Shown: in pieces, positions 1 through 13,000 of the stretch
Layout of the letters: each line of letters begins with the position of its first letter
How positions within the stretch are numbered: the first letter of the stretch is position 1
NCBI GenBank assembly: GCA_907165135.1
Contig: OU015569.1
Location: forward strand, 8,494,001-8,558,000
Reading direction: 5' to 3'
DNA: 64,000 nt
DNA from: Oikopleura dioica
Taxonomy: Eukaryota; Animalia; Chordata
Notes under the pieces: model-generated
Seen by the model: only the letters and a program-made list of their open reading frames with translations
Database searches by the model: none
What the model was told of the DNA's origin: nothing
Program-made: the position numbers and the translations under genes

Positions 1-1044
1 GTACGCAGGATAGGCATTGGATTAATTCGTTTGTTGGTCGAGTTCTCCTTCGAAAACTGATTCTCGTTACCCGGCGGCCGGAATTGAAGAGTGATCGGAA
101 ACAGTCGACCAGGGACCTGGATAATAGGACATCCTTTAGTTTAGTCGGCGAAATAAAATTAACAACTTACCTTCAAAGTATTTGCTGAAGAGCTCAATAT
201 TGATCGTAGCCGACATCAGAACCAGCCGCAAATCATCCCGTTTCATTATCACTTCAGCAAGAAGACCGAGTAACAAGTCGGATTGCAAATGCCGCTCGTG
301 CACCTCGTCGAGCACGATGACATCATATTCCTTGAGCAAAGTATCCATTTGCATCTGGCGCAAGAGAAGGCCCTCTGTTAAGAAGATAATGCGCGTTGCC
401 TTCGTGGACGTTCCATCAAATCTAACTTTGTATCCAACGTGGCTGCCATACATATTGAGCGTTTCATAACCAACCCGTTTAGCAAGCGCTATCGAGGCGA
501 TTCGTCTTGGCTGGGTCACCGCTATCTTCCGGAAGCCGTGATTGAGTAGGTACTGCGGTACCTGAGTACTCTTTCCGCAACCAGTGTCGCCAGCAACGAT
601 AGTCACTCTCGATTGCGCCACCGCTTCACAGATTTCTTCTTCGTAAGTCTTCATGGGAAGCTCTTTCTGTCGCTTGCGTAGCTGCTGCAACTTTGAGAAG
701 GACTGATTTTGATTGAATTGAAGAAACACTTCTAGTGCGTTGCGGACAACATCAACACGATCTTTTCGTGCTTTTCCATTTGCGTCAAAAACTTCTTGCA
801 CTTCGTTATCGTATATTATAGGGTTCTTGTGACGCGGATGATACTCGGGGAGATTAAGGCGTCCACTTTTTGAGTTCGAAGGTGGAGGCAGCTTGGCTGT
901 CGCGCTTATGTAACGATCAAAGAACAGCCAGAAATCTTCCCAGAGCTTGTCCCTAACTCGAAAAATTGGCCACTGCTTACCACCATCTGAGAACAGAATA
1001 CGATCCGCCTCGCGTTTAATTTCTCGAATTCGCCCTTTATCCAT
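1..1044 (-). CDS. DHX34: DEAH-box RNA helicase DHX34, 5' part; runs off the left edge
   Basis: Walker A GDTGCGKST, TQPRRIA, DEVHER and MSAT motifs. After a 37-nt intron (GT...AAG) the frame continues GCPIIQVPGRLFPI. The N-terminal region fits DHX34. Confidence 0.85.
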
Positions 1045-1413
1045 TTATTAGTACCATCTCAAACTGAATTCAATGGTTTTGCGTAAACAAGATATATTAA
1101 TGACCTTATTTCGTTGTCATCACCGATAGACGGAAAACGTATGAAAACTACGATTGATAACAGATTCATAACAAGTTATCGCGCGTTCGTTTCGAACGAG
1201 TAAGCATAATTTTCAAATTGAGGAAGGGGCCATCAAGTCACTCGTGAAAAAATACAAACATGAAAACATAGAGATGAAATTTGAACACTTTGAATAATAT
1301 GGAAGCCATAAAGAGCAGTTGAATAGATTTGAAGAAAGCTGGAAAATAGGTACGAAAGAATTGAAGACATTTGTTTGTTCGGAAAAACGGGGGAGTGAAG
1401 GAAAGGAGCAAAT

Positions 1414-2559
1414 TTACGTAAAGACTTCGCGCTCGGGTGAGTCATTTTCATCCAAAAGATTTGTCGTGATCTCCGAGCGTGTAAGAATGAAGGAAAGACG
1501 CTTTTTCCACAGAAGAACGCCAATAAAAACGATAGCACAGATACCAATTACTCCTAACAATACAGCAAGTGTAATCTCGACTTCTTCGGCTAAATTTTTA
1601 GATGATCTGAAGTGTTTTGCCAAACTAGGACTTACAATTTCTTGAATTTTCTCCGTGAGAGGCGTTATAATTGTGCGAGGGCTCAAGAAATGAAATGCAA
1701 AGATCTTTTGATCCGACTACTTCATAATCATTTTTGAAAATGCCCTAAAATGCGGTCTTTTGAAGCTGCTATTAGTGAATATGAGTCACCTCGCAAAAAG
1801 CAGTAGACGATGAAAACCAACTATCGATACGTTTACAAGTATCAGTCGAGTTCTTGCACAAATTCCTCCACTTGCCGTCTACATTCTGTTCCCAGCTGAA
1901 GCCTCCGTACCAGTCATCAGTGCAGGTGAGTTCAGCCTTGCAAGCATTCCACCAGGCATCACAGTCGTTTCTGCATAGTGGCACCTTCCAAAGACGATGG
2001 CTTTTGGTCCGCTGCGAGTCTCTGAATTCCTGGAGCAGTTCGTAGTCCGAGACGTTGAAGATACTATCAAAAGCGGAGTCGTCATCGGAATCCTTCGCAT
2101 TGACGATATTGAGCGCCGGGTCGGGGTAGTAATCGCTTGTCTCCGGCTGCGTGTAGTTTATTACCCACTAAAACAAAAGAGTTGCTACAAAAACATTTCC
2201 CGAAATTACCTTTTCCAGGTACGGGTCACATTGATATAAACACCACTGACGCTGCATCATGATCAAACACTGATCACTCAGCTGCCCACAATGGTCTGTT
2301 TTGTAGTCTGTCTTTGACGTCTTGAACGAATATTGCTTGTATCCTACAGTCATGTTCGTGATGCGTAAATAACCTGTAAATTACCGTTTGCCATGCAGCA
2401 TGAGTTGCTCCTCCATTGTCGACACTCACCGTTGAGGTTCGGTTCAGGCGATGGAATCGGCTTGTGAATGTGCGAAAGAAGACAAGAGCCTTTGTCATCA
2501 CTGTCTTCCTCTTGCGACGATACGATGGTTGCAAAACAGAATAAACGAATCATTTCCAT
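1414..2559 (-). CDS. Folate receptor / riboflavin-binding-protein family member with a C-terminal transmembrane helix
   Basis: Signal peptide and the FOLR cysteine pattern: CLLSHIHKPIPSPE, ECRQWRSNSCC, HCGQLSDQC, CLYQCDPYL, VPLCRNDCDAWWNAC, FCEGIF. Spliced C-terminus ITLAVLLGVIGICAIVFIGVLLWKKR plus an acidic tail. Confidence 0.8.
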
Positions 2560-2849
2560 GCTAAAATTGAAGATGCAGAAGGTCGGGTGAATAAGGAGAG
2601 TTTTAAATAAGAATTATGAATACAGAAAGAATTGTAACGAAAGTTAAGAACACGGAGGTCAGTGGAAATCAAATTGAGACGACAGAAATATCTTTGAATA
2701 TGATGAAATAGGAACATTGTTTTTAACTTAAAAGGTATGCAAGTAGGTAGCAAAAGGGTGAAGCCGTCAAGAACGATAGAGGGATAAAAGTAACGGCACG
2801 GTCCGTCACACGGATAGGTGACTGGGCGATGGCTGTGCTCGATGGAGAC

Positions 2850-5800
2850 TCAAGTACTGAGATTCTTTCGAGTTCTGCTCTTGGGAAATTTGAGCGGTTT
2901 CTCACGATCGTTCTTCTTAAAGCGCATCTGAGCAACGAGAAAGGCTAGAGCGGCACCGCACGCGGCGAATACAAGAAACACAGTCCAAAGAGAAAGCTTA
3001 ATTAATTCATAAAAACGTCGCCTGAGAAATAATTACCGTCTCGCGATGGTTTGAAGGCAGTGGTTTGTAGCTTTGAACATCTGAATTTTCTTCGTCCCAG
3101 TCAATCGATAATAGCGGACCTTGAAATAATATCTTTATTAACATGTAAATGAAACGCAGCTTACGATTTTTCCAGGATAACGCTGATTTCGAAATCGATT
3201 CTATCGATTCGTTCAAATACTGGGGAGTCAAATACACGTGTTTTTTGCATTCTGGGACGGGTTTCTTTTTCATACTCAGTCCTGGAACCAAGACCTTACT
3301 AAATCTGAAATCACAATTAATCGACGTCTACGATTCGAGATAATACCTGTGAAGCTGGTTGCCGACAAAGCGCTCCGGCGCTGAAATGCTTCCAAATTGA
3401 TCCTTAACAGCGCTCCACTCTACTAAGTCATTCGACATTTCCTCAGCGAGCGTATCCGTTCGGAAATACTGCAGCATTTCTTCAACTAGCCAGTAACACT
3501 CTTTCTGCATGTGAGCTCCGTCGATACAATTCGAGTCGCCGTAAACAGCGACTTTTCCAAGGTTATACTCGTGTATTCCGAATATAGCAACAGCATTCTC
3601 TCGAGGCTAAGAAGCATTTTTCGGAGTGACGAGTTAAAATCCAACCTTGAAATTCTCATTATTTTCATCGCGAGTGATATCGGCTCCTTGGTCGCGCAAG
3701 TTTCTGACTAGAACTTTTCCTTCATCTGGAAACTGGATAAAACTAGCGCCCGATGCGAAGAGCATTTCTCTCTCTGAGAAAGAAAATTCTCCATCGCTAA
3801 CGATGCTTCCGAAAGCGATGTCGAAATGCTCAAGGAGGTCGTTCAGGGCAGGGATGTTAGCACCTCTAAACCGAATTAATGCTTAAAAACTTATAAATAG
3901 AAAACCCAGTGTCCGGAATCCACCATTGTCTCGTGTTTTCATCAAAGAAGCGCACCTTCTTCATTACTTCACTATTAAACCAGTCTCCAAAGACGATCAA
4001 ATTGAGTCCCTCTTCAACATCCTCGGCGATCTTTTCAAGTTCCTCAGTGAAAAACTCTTCCTCGCTGTCGATTATCATCAACGTCCCATAATTCGAAGCA
4101 TCAAAGCAGCTGAATGGCTCTCCTAGAACATCGACAAAGTAACCAGCCGCCCGTAGTCTTTCGTATAAGTCGCGAAAATTAGTGTGAATATGATCCCCGT
4201 TCCAATCGAGAGGATCATTTTTCATCTTCAGGTTGTCGCGGGGAAAATAGCCAGGTGGATAACGAAGATTGTGGTATTGATCCCACAAAATTCTTTGCCA
4301 ACGTTTTGGACTGGGTATAACAGAAATCCTAAGAGGAAGCTTCATTTCGGATAAATAATTTTCGTCTTCATTTGTTTCTTCATCGGTTTCACTACCCGTG
4401 CTTTCTGATTGAATAGTGAATTCTATATGGCCGTTGATGATCCCCTCGAATTCAGCGCCTTTTTCATTTATCGTAATAGTAACAGCGATAAAACCAGTCC
4501 AAGGCCAAATGATAGACGAATGCGTAACGGATATATCTACGAAATTTCCTGTTTCTTGGTCGTATGGACGCCAAATTGGAGTCCCTACAATTTTCGAGGA
4601 CACAGAGATCGCATTCAGTATCGTTACGTTAGCTATTGTCGGCATTCCAGTGAAGAAGAGGGGCTGCGAACAGTAAGGCCACATGTAAGGACAGTCCATG
4701 AAATCAATGTATGGGGGCGAGAGAGTGGCTAAATATCATTCGTAAGAATCGCATGATGATCGGGGAGATTGATTTACCTTGGGGTTTGTAGGATTTAAGA
4801 ATTTTCCATGACTGAATTAAGTCCACGCGTCCTGCCCCTTGCTCAAACATGTTTGTTCCATCAATCCGCTTTGCTCCATGCATCAGCGCTTGTTTCATAC
4901 TCGCAGGATTGATGGAGTTCCTCTTTTCTTCTGGAACAGTCGAGAAGAGAAGGGTAACCACACCAGCAACAACTGGGCTTGCAACGGATGTCCCGGAGAG
5001 AGTTCGACACCCGGAGTAAATTCCGGATCCCCTGACAGACGATCCATACGTAACAATGTCAGGCTTCAGTCGCCCATAGCCACCTGGGAGCTCCCAAGTT
5101 GTCATCCCGCGCGATGAGAATTTCGCTATATTGTGAGCAAAGTCAGTTCCACCAACACCAATAACATCCATCTGGTCCGCTGGATTATTTAGCGTCCCGT
5201 AAAGAGGTCCATCGTTTCCAATAGCAGAAACCATTATTATACCATTTGCCGACATCTCCCAAACTTTATCGACGAAAGGCGTATCCATAAAGTCGGGCCC
5301 TCCGATGGAAAGGTTGAGAACGTTGATTTTGTTTAGAATCGCATAGTTGAAAGCGTCAAGAAACCAGCTGGTATAAGAAACTTGTTGATTAGTGAAAACG
5401 CGATAAATGTGAACGTCAGCGTCTGGAGCGAATCCCATGCATTCCGCACTAGATGCAATGACACCTGCAACAAACGTGCCATGGCCGAGTCCGTCGTCGA
5501 GACTCTTCTCATTAGTCCAGTTTGTTCGGTCTTTTACATTTCGAAAGTGTGGATGGTTTTTTGGTAGGCCAGTGTCGAATATAGCAACTTTAATGCCTTG
5601 CCCGGTAAATCCCATATCCCACAAAATGTCTGCTTGAAGTTCATCAGTCACAGGTTTCACAACCGAACGCATGAGTTTACGTGACCGTAACTTTTCACTT
5701 CCAAACCAATAGTCACTCGATGACACTGACTGTGCTTTCCTCTGTCCTGGCCGGTGAACACGGGCCTCAGAAGGTAAATGCGCTTTCTTACAGTTCTCGC

Positions 5801-6395
5801 AGTTGGAAACGTGTTCTTGAGTTTTGACATATTGAAGCTTTCTAAGAATCTGTTTTTGCTGTTTGACCTCTTTTATGTCCTCGTGGTCCTCCAAAAGATC
5901 AATAAATCTACGACGTTCGTCATGAGGCCAAAGTAGAACGTCAAAGTCAGATTCAAAAATAGCTGCCGGGTTATCACGGGGGACGATTTCAACATGTTCA
6001 CCGGATAAAGCAGTAGCGATCACACTGTGCCGATGCTCTTGGGAATAGTACCCATCGAAAATCACCAACCATTGGTCTTCAATTACTTTCGTTTCGAAAT
6101 CCGAACTTTCATCATTTGCAGAAGTTTGAAGTTGTCGCTTGCTTCTGAATATCATAACGCATTCGATTAGCAAGATTTATTTATACCTTTTGCGGCGCCA
6201 TTCCAACACTGATCTCTTGATGTCTTCTGCGCTGTACACACTAAGTGCGATAGCAGTGGACGTTTGAGGCAAGCAACTTGAACATGGCTTGACGGTTATA
6301 TCAACGATAGCGATAGGGTCTAATGTGCGAATTGTGTCCGGCAACACGAGGCTAAGAAAACAGATGCTGAGCGCGAGGAAACGAAGTATCGTCAT
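2850..6395 (-). CDS. MBTPS1: Membrane-bound transcription factor site-1 protease (S1P, subtilisin S8)
   Basis: Catalytic D (AIFDTG), H ([10 protein letters not shown]) and S (SGTSVASP); [11 protein letters not shown]; [19 protein letters not shown]. Signal-peptide exon 6177-6395 is spliced to the large exon. The terminal TM exon [21 protein letters not shown] ends at TGA 2850-2852. Confidence 0.97.
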
Positions 6396-6553
6396 TTGCG
6401 ACGCTTTCTCCTTGTCAGCATGACGATCTCAACTGGATCAGTACTCTTAATAGAAGGCGCCTAGTAGCGAGTATGTATAAAAATATATTTATTTATAGTA
6501 TAAAAGAAAAGAATAGTTTAGCACTGAAAGGAAATACTGGAACGTTGAATTTT

Positions 6554-8328
6554 CATTTTTTAGATTGGGTAGGCGCGGGAGTAATCGGCGCAGCGGGCGT
6601 TAGTGGAGGAATCGTCAGCCCATGATTCTGAAGACACTCTGCCCATTTGGTCTTTTCGAGTTTTCTCACAATTTCGATGAACTGTTGCGTAGCTGAATTC
6701 AATTTTGATGTTGATTTATAAGAGATTTAGAATTGCCTTGAAAAGCTTCTGTATCTTCAAAAAATTTCCAGCTCTTCTGGTTAAGCGCGAGATTGACTTG
6801 TCGAAGAGCTATGGCATCTGTTGTTCGTTCAAGTTGTTCTTCCAGGATTTCAGCAAGACGCAGAATACCGAAAACGGTGAGCTTTAAAAGCCGAAATAAT
6901 GTAAAGAACGCAGAATAAGAAGCTTACGTGGTTAGCGCTCAAGTTCAAGTGACAAAGGTGTCTATTGCCAGGTTGGAGCATAATTTTGTCCTCACGCTTG
7001 ATACCTGTATCATCTGGAATTGTCACCGTTTTAGGAGCGGCTTTTGGTGGAGGCTTGGATGTGTCTGTGGAGCTAGATGTCGCCTTTAATGGACTTATTA
7101 CTTTGATCAAGTTTTGATTATTACCCAGGTTTGACTCTTCCGCTTTTTGTCCGGGGCATCTTTATTTCCTCGAGTTTTTCTAGGAGGCGGCGTAGATTTC
7201 GCTTTATCGTCTTTTCTCTTGTTAGGGACCAGACGAAGCTGAGAATCAGAAGTGAAAACAAGTGCCATCCGTTTTTTCCGCCATTCATATATTTCTGACG
7301 GAATCATTTCGACCATTTTTGCAAAGGCTACGCGGATGTGCTCGATACAAGTGTCTGTTAGGCCACAGTTGCTCGCCGAAATAGAAACAAGTTTCTTGTT
7401 TTGAATCAATGAGCGGAAGATGTAATGAAAAATTTCATCGCCCATCTGAGGATTGTTATTCAGCTTGAGAGTTATCAGTGATGTGTTGAGACGTAGTTCA
7501 TTTGCCATGGGAATAAGGTCAGCACTTCTTAAAGAATTTCCCTGGAATCCAAGATGTGGTATGCCTTTTCTGTCATTCGTTTTTTACTTTTTGAATGATC
7601 GTTAACCTTCTTTTTTTCAGACCAAAGTTGCCATCAATTATCATTATTGCATGAAATCAAGGAAGAAAGCTACATATAGAATTGGACATGCATTAAAGTA
7701 ATGCCGATAGAAAAAATTCATACACAATCATAAAAAACCTTTCCTAAGTGCAGCTAACCAGAGATCTCCAGGATTTGGGTTACCGTAGATCTGCACAGTT
7801 TTGACAGAGGATGGTAGTGCTATGAGATTGAAGATATCACCACACAGTCGACTTCGGAAAAAATATACAGATTCGAGTTTGTCAAGCTTTGTCAGACATT
7901 GACTTATAACCTTGGCCTCAATATCTCGGATATGAAAGTTTCGGAAATGAACAGAAGTTATGTTTTGCACCGTTGTTTTTCCTTCTGGCTCTTCTTTAAA
8001 GAGAACGTTTACTCGTGGCAGGTGCTTAACTATGATATATTGTCCGTTGAACTGATTTAAAGTCTAATCTACTGGATTGAACAAGCATCAATCTTACCAT
8101 AGGGGCTTCCTGGTGGGACTCGATTTCTTCATTTTCCGCAAGATTTGTTTTGAAAGAGTAAACAACTGGTGGATGAGTTACGCCAAGCGCTCTCAAATAC
8201 TCCGGTAAGTCAACTTCAATATTCCCTGTCAGTGCATAGCCTGAAGAATCAGCAGGTGGCTTCTCATCTAGGATCGGTTCCGGTTTGATGTCGGTCTTCG
8301 AGACTCCCGCTTTCTTCTTGGGAGGCAT
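6554..8328 (-). CDS. LRRC71: Leucine-rich repeat protein LRRC71-like
   Basis: LRR segments (ELRLNTSLITLKLNNN, LVSISASNCGL) and LRRC71-like blocks ALTGNIEVDLPEY and REDKIMLQPGNRHLCHLNLSAN. One internal junction near 7560-7640 was not resolved. Confidence 0.75.
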
Positions 8329-8413
8329 TCTTAAAAAAATAATTTATAGAATTTGTTGAAACGAATAACAGGTATTTATCTGGAAAGACGGACAGAAATT
8401 ATGCAGACAGATA

Positions 8414-9569
8414 TTAATCGGAGTCACTGTCGGAACCGTAGTCAATACCAAAAGGATTGGACGAAGAAGAAGAGGGTTCATTTTCTGGCGATGTTGAGGG
8501 TGTTGACTTTGATGGAAGTTCAGACGTATCTTTCGTTGTCTGAATATTCAATCACTCATCAAATAAAATTAAATAAAAACCAATATGCATTATAAGGATA
8601 TCCAAAAATTTTACCTGTGTTATAGATTTTCCCTTGACTTTTATTCCACCAAATCCTTTCGAGAGCGCTTTTTTCGTATCGACAGTTTTCTTTTTCTTTC
8701 CAGGTACTACTGGAGGAGCCATTTCTGTTTTTCTTTTTCGTTCTTCAAGCACCCTAAATCGATCGTTTTTATTAAAATTTAGGTAGTTGCGTTACTTCTT
8801 GAAAGTCTCGGTCTCTGGCTCATCCTCATCTAACTCTTGCTCCTTACGCATGACTTCTCGCGCAAGCTTTGTCAATATAAGATCGTCTTGTTTGGCTTTT
8901 TCTTCTGCACCTTCAAGAACGTTCATTAGCAACAGGTCGTCGGATATCTTTAGCTTAGCTTTCCTCTCTTCTGTCAGCTCAGAGAGTTTCTCCATTAGAA
9001 GCATCTCTTTCTGGGAATCTTAAAAAGACATCCTTAGTGTCAAGAATGACTAAAAAATAAAACCTTGGGTTCTTTTCTCTAAAGCTGCCATCGGATTTTC
9101 TTTAGCATCTTTTTCGCGTTTCTCCTTTTCTTCTTTTTCCAAGGTCGCATTCAAACGTCTGGTTTCGAAAAGTCGTGTTGCACCCGCTTCCATTGCATAG
9201 TCCTAGAATTATTGTTGGGAAACCGAAAGTGAAAGGTAAACAAACAATAGCTTCTGGATCTGTGATGAATGTAATGTTGCTGACACAGTTAAGGCAACGA
9301 ATGTAGAATCTTCTAATCGTTATGTACTCCAAGTACTTCGGATAGTCGGTGGCCGCTTCGACTCTTGAGTTGAATTTCGTTCCACGGTACATGTAATGAC
9401 CGCAAGTGTTGCATCGAATGTTCCAAGGCAACATAGTACGGATTTCCATAATACGGTCGCGACCTTGACCGCCCTGGCCCGACCAGTTTTTGAGCGTCTT
9501 TAGTCGCGGCAACTTCTCCGGATCATAGTCCGGAGGATAGTACTCATTCATGCATTTGTGATCTCCCAT
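8414..9569 (-). CDS. YJU2: Step-1 splicing factor YJU2/CCDC94
   Basis: YYPPDYDPEK, CNTCGHYMYRGTKFNSR, CLNC and ITFITDPEAIDYAMEAGATR (spliced), then a coiled coil and the C-terminus GIDYGSDSDSD-stop at 8414. Confidence 0.9.
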
Positions 9570-9673
9570 TTTTTATGACCTTCGACAATCTATTAATGGT
9601 CAAGTTTAGCTATCATCTGTGTTGCAACAGCACTTAATTTCAATCAGAAAAATCGAATTCATTTTTAGTTTAT

Positions 9674-10796
9674 TCATAAATGATCGGGAATATCAGAATC
9701 AACAAAATGATTGAGCAGGAAAGACGCTTGCACTTCGCACTTTGAGTATTGCGTACTCGACAAATTGTTCTTTTTGGCAAATGCATCGGCTCTGGTGTCG
9801 CCGATGTTGATAACGAAAACATCCTTCCCATGACTGATAGCTTCTCTGATGAAGCGAAAGCCTGACCAAACAAAGAGAGACGAACCGACTACAAGGCAGG
9901 CATCGTTGTTTCGAACTACAAACAAAGATAACCAACTGCCTTTTTAGTACTATTTACCGCTTTGATAGCAACTTTGAACAAGATTGTAGTTAACATTATC
10001 ACCAAAGAAAGTGACATCAGGTTTCAGAACACCGCCGCAATATGGACAATCGCAAACTTGGAAGCCTTGTATCTGGTCTGGAGTTAAAACAGAGTCCGCA
10101 TCTGGTGCCATGACAGTTTCCTATAATAAGTCTTAATCAAATCATCCGTTGCGACTCACCTCTGTAACGGGGGTTTCCCAATTGACGTTTGCCACGTCAA
10201 GTAATGTTTGAAGCTTGGCCCTGGCAATGATACGATGACAATCAAGGCAAACTACTCGGTGATTGTTTCCGTGAAGTTCCACCAGATCGTGGCTGCCAGC
10301 TTTGAGATGCAGCCCGTCGACGTTTTGCGTAACAAGATTTTTAATCTTTCCGCGCTTGATGAGTTTGTCGATAGCATCGTGATTCGCATTTGGCTGCCGA
10401 ATGGAAAAGTACTTGTAGCCAACGTAATTTCTTGCCCTTAATTATCAAAACTCAATATAAATCGAACGTTTTTAATCAAGCTTTAAGCTCGGTAATACCA
10501 ATAGCGCTGCCGATTTTTCGCCGAGCGAACAAACTCTTGGTGAGTGATTGGTTTGTGATTTTCTCGGTCGTACAATCCTACGCCCTTGCTTCGGTAATCG
10601 GGAATACCAGATTCTGTTGAGATCCCGGCCCCTGTCAAACAAAACAAGGATTCGTTGCGATTTAAAAACATCGAAAATGCCTAAAATATTCATCATCTCA
10701 TGAAATTGTTGACTCGCTCACCTTCAAATCGTAATCTGTCAAAGAACGCGCCGCAGGCACGAACATGCTCTTTACGCTTTGTTTTGCTTGTTGCAT
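9674..10796 (-). CDS. SIRT4: NAD-dependent deacylase sirtuin-4
   Basis: [79 protein letters not shown]. The start codon choice is uncertain. Confidence 0.93.
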
Positions 10797-11147
10797 CTTT
10801 ACTTCAGTATTTATCGGTTGAAATGAACTCTTTTTCAAAAATCTTCATCAATCCAAAACGAATTGCCCCCAGACTTGGCAACGTTGCGTCGAGATGATCA
10901 CATGTTACGTAACTACTTCTAGGTAAGGAGCTCTCGCATACTAGAAAATTATTTTTGATGATTAAAAACGATAGAAGAATAATGGAATATTGCATTTGAA
11001 TGAATGAATGAAGAATCGTTTGTTCATAAGGGCAAGTGTTTTCATTGGAGTTGAAGAAAAAAATCCGGTTCTATGGGCTTTAAGAGTTCAGTCAGATGTT
11101 CCGAAATTCTACTATCTTTTCACTTTAAAGCTTCAAGTCTATAAAGA

Positions 11148-12775
11148 CTATAGACTGAAGTAGTTGTCTATCGAGACTGACCATTCCTTGTAAGATGTTC
11201 CGCCAATGAGAGGTTCATCTATGGTGCCGGAGATTTGAATTTCGGAAGAAGATTCTTTGTCAAGGACTGATCCTTCTATCCTCTGCTCGCTGAGATACGA
11301 AAGGGTGATGGTTTGTTTGAGCTCTCGATTTTGCATTTCCCATTTTCCGCTCCACGATAGAGAAGGTGTACTGAGAGGGTGGTGAATTCTAACACTGGGC
11401 ATTTCGGTGACGTTCCAGAACTGTATACCAATATTTAAATCTAAACAGCAGATTTAAGCAATGAACCATGTATCTTCCTCAGCTACCTGTCATCAATGGC
11501 TGGATAAAAAACGGTCTGCCGGGTCCTTGAAAATTTGACTTGAAAGATAGAGTGAATTTGATCAGCAGTCCATTGGCAATCGATACTTTAAAAACAGGTC
11601 CAGGGAAGGCTTCGATTTGAAGATGCTTTTCGCCAAATTTACACTCGTAATACTGCGGTGACTTTGAAGGGATTCGATTTCGAAAAACAGAACCTTAAAG
11701 TGAATGATTGAACATGTAGTTAAATTTGTTACATACTAGGGCATTTTAAAGACAAAAGCCATTTCGCGAGATCTGACGGGTCCGTCGTGTCTGGACAATG
11801 GCGACAAAGGTAGCCGATGTACAATGCTCCAGAGTTTCTGAATCTTTGCAAAAGGAAGAATTCAAAACTAGTTTACTTTGATATCGACCAGCTAGGCCAG
11901 GATCCAGAAAGTAAGTTTTCCCCTAAAGGAATCGTCTGCATTATCGAGACCATATTGTCTCTTTGATCATCACTGTACTCCACGAGCGGCTCTTCGAACT
12001 CGATTTTTTTCGGCACCCAGGGCGAACGACTCTCTTCCTCGACGTCACTGTCGTCTGACAGTTCACTCTTCCTCTTTTCTCTTTCCAGTTCAGTTGGATT
12101 GGGCATTTTCCGCAATTCGTTTCTCCCGAAGAAAATGTTTCGTTCGGCAATGTCCGTGGCACGCTCTAGTGACTGGATAGCCGACCTCCCATAAGATTTG
12201 AGCTTCAAATAGGTCTCGTTCATCGGCAATCTGTCGCACTAAATCAAGGATTTACCGATCTGATAACTGGAAAGGTTGTGAACCTGATCTTCGATTTCGG
12301 ACAAATATTTTCTCGCCGCAGCGAGACTTTCTTTTGCAGCCTGAAGATGTTCCACATTTTTGGTGGCATAATTATCGGTGATCTGATGATTCGTCACTTG
12401 TGAGACATACTCTGGTGGAAGCGGTTTTTGAATTCCTTTAGCCGCAGATCGTAACTGATCTATCCAAATCTGCCGCGAACGAGCGTCAGCCGCTTTCAGC
12501 TTGAAAATATAGCCATTTGAAGCTGTGATAGTAAACCCATGGCCGTCTTCGTCCGGCGTCACCACTGCATCTACCAAAGGCAGCACTCCCCGACGGTTAG
12601 ATCTGTCCCCTTCGGGATCCCTGAACAAGCTCATCAATCGAATTGTCTCGCAAAGATAATCAATTCGAAAAGTGACCTGCCTCAAAAAGTACTCCAGTAA
12701 ACCATTTTCAATGATAAAAAATCGTCGTTGCCAACCTCTTGCAAAGTTTGTATATTTGTACAAAGTCCCATTCAT
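11148..12775 (-). CDS. OSBP-related protein (ORP9/10/11-type PH domain) with a degenerate, shortened lipid-binding domain
   Basis: PH domain LYKYTNFARGWQRRFF...RGVLPL...FKLKAADARSRQIWIDQL. The downstream exons align only loosely with the ORD (QRDNMVSIMQTIPLGENL; EMPSVRIHHPLSTPSLSWSGK). Confidence 0.75.
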
Positions 12776-13000
12776 TCTAAAGTCTACGATGCTCTTTAAT
12801 TCGAAGATTGATGCTTTTCAACGTGGAAAACAAGAATATTTTTGCGATTTTTTATTGAAAAATGTATTCCAGCTTCTACTGACTTGATTGCACAACGATA
12901 ACTGATAGGAGTCAGTCGGATACTTTTGTAGTAAGGCCTTTTTGAAGTAACAGGCGATTTGTTAACTTTTCCAAAATTAAATCTAGTCCAAGTCGAGACC

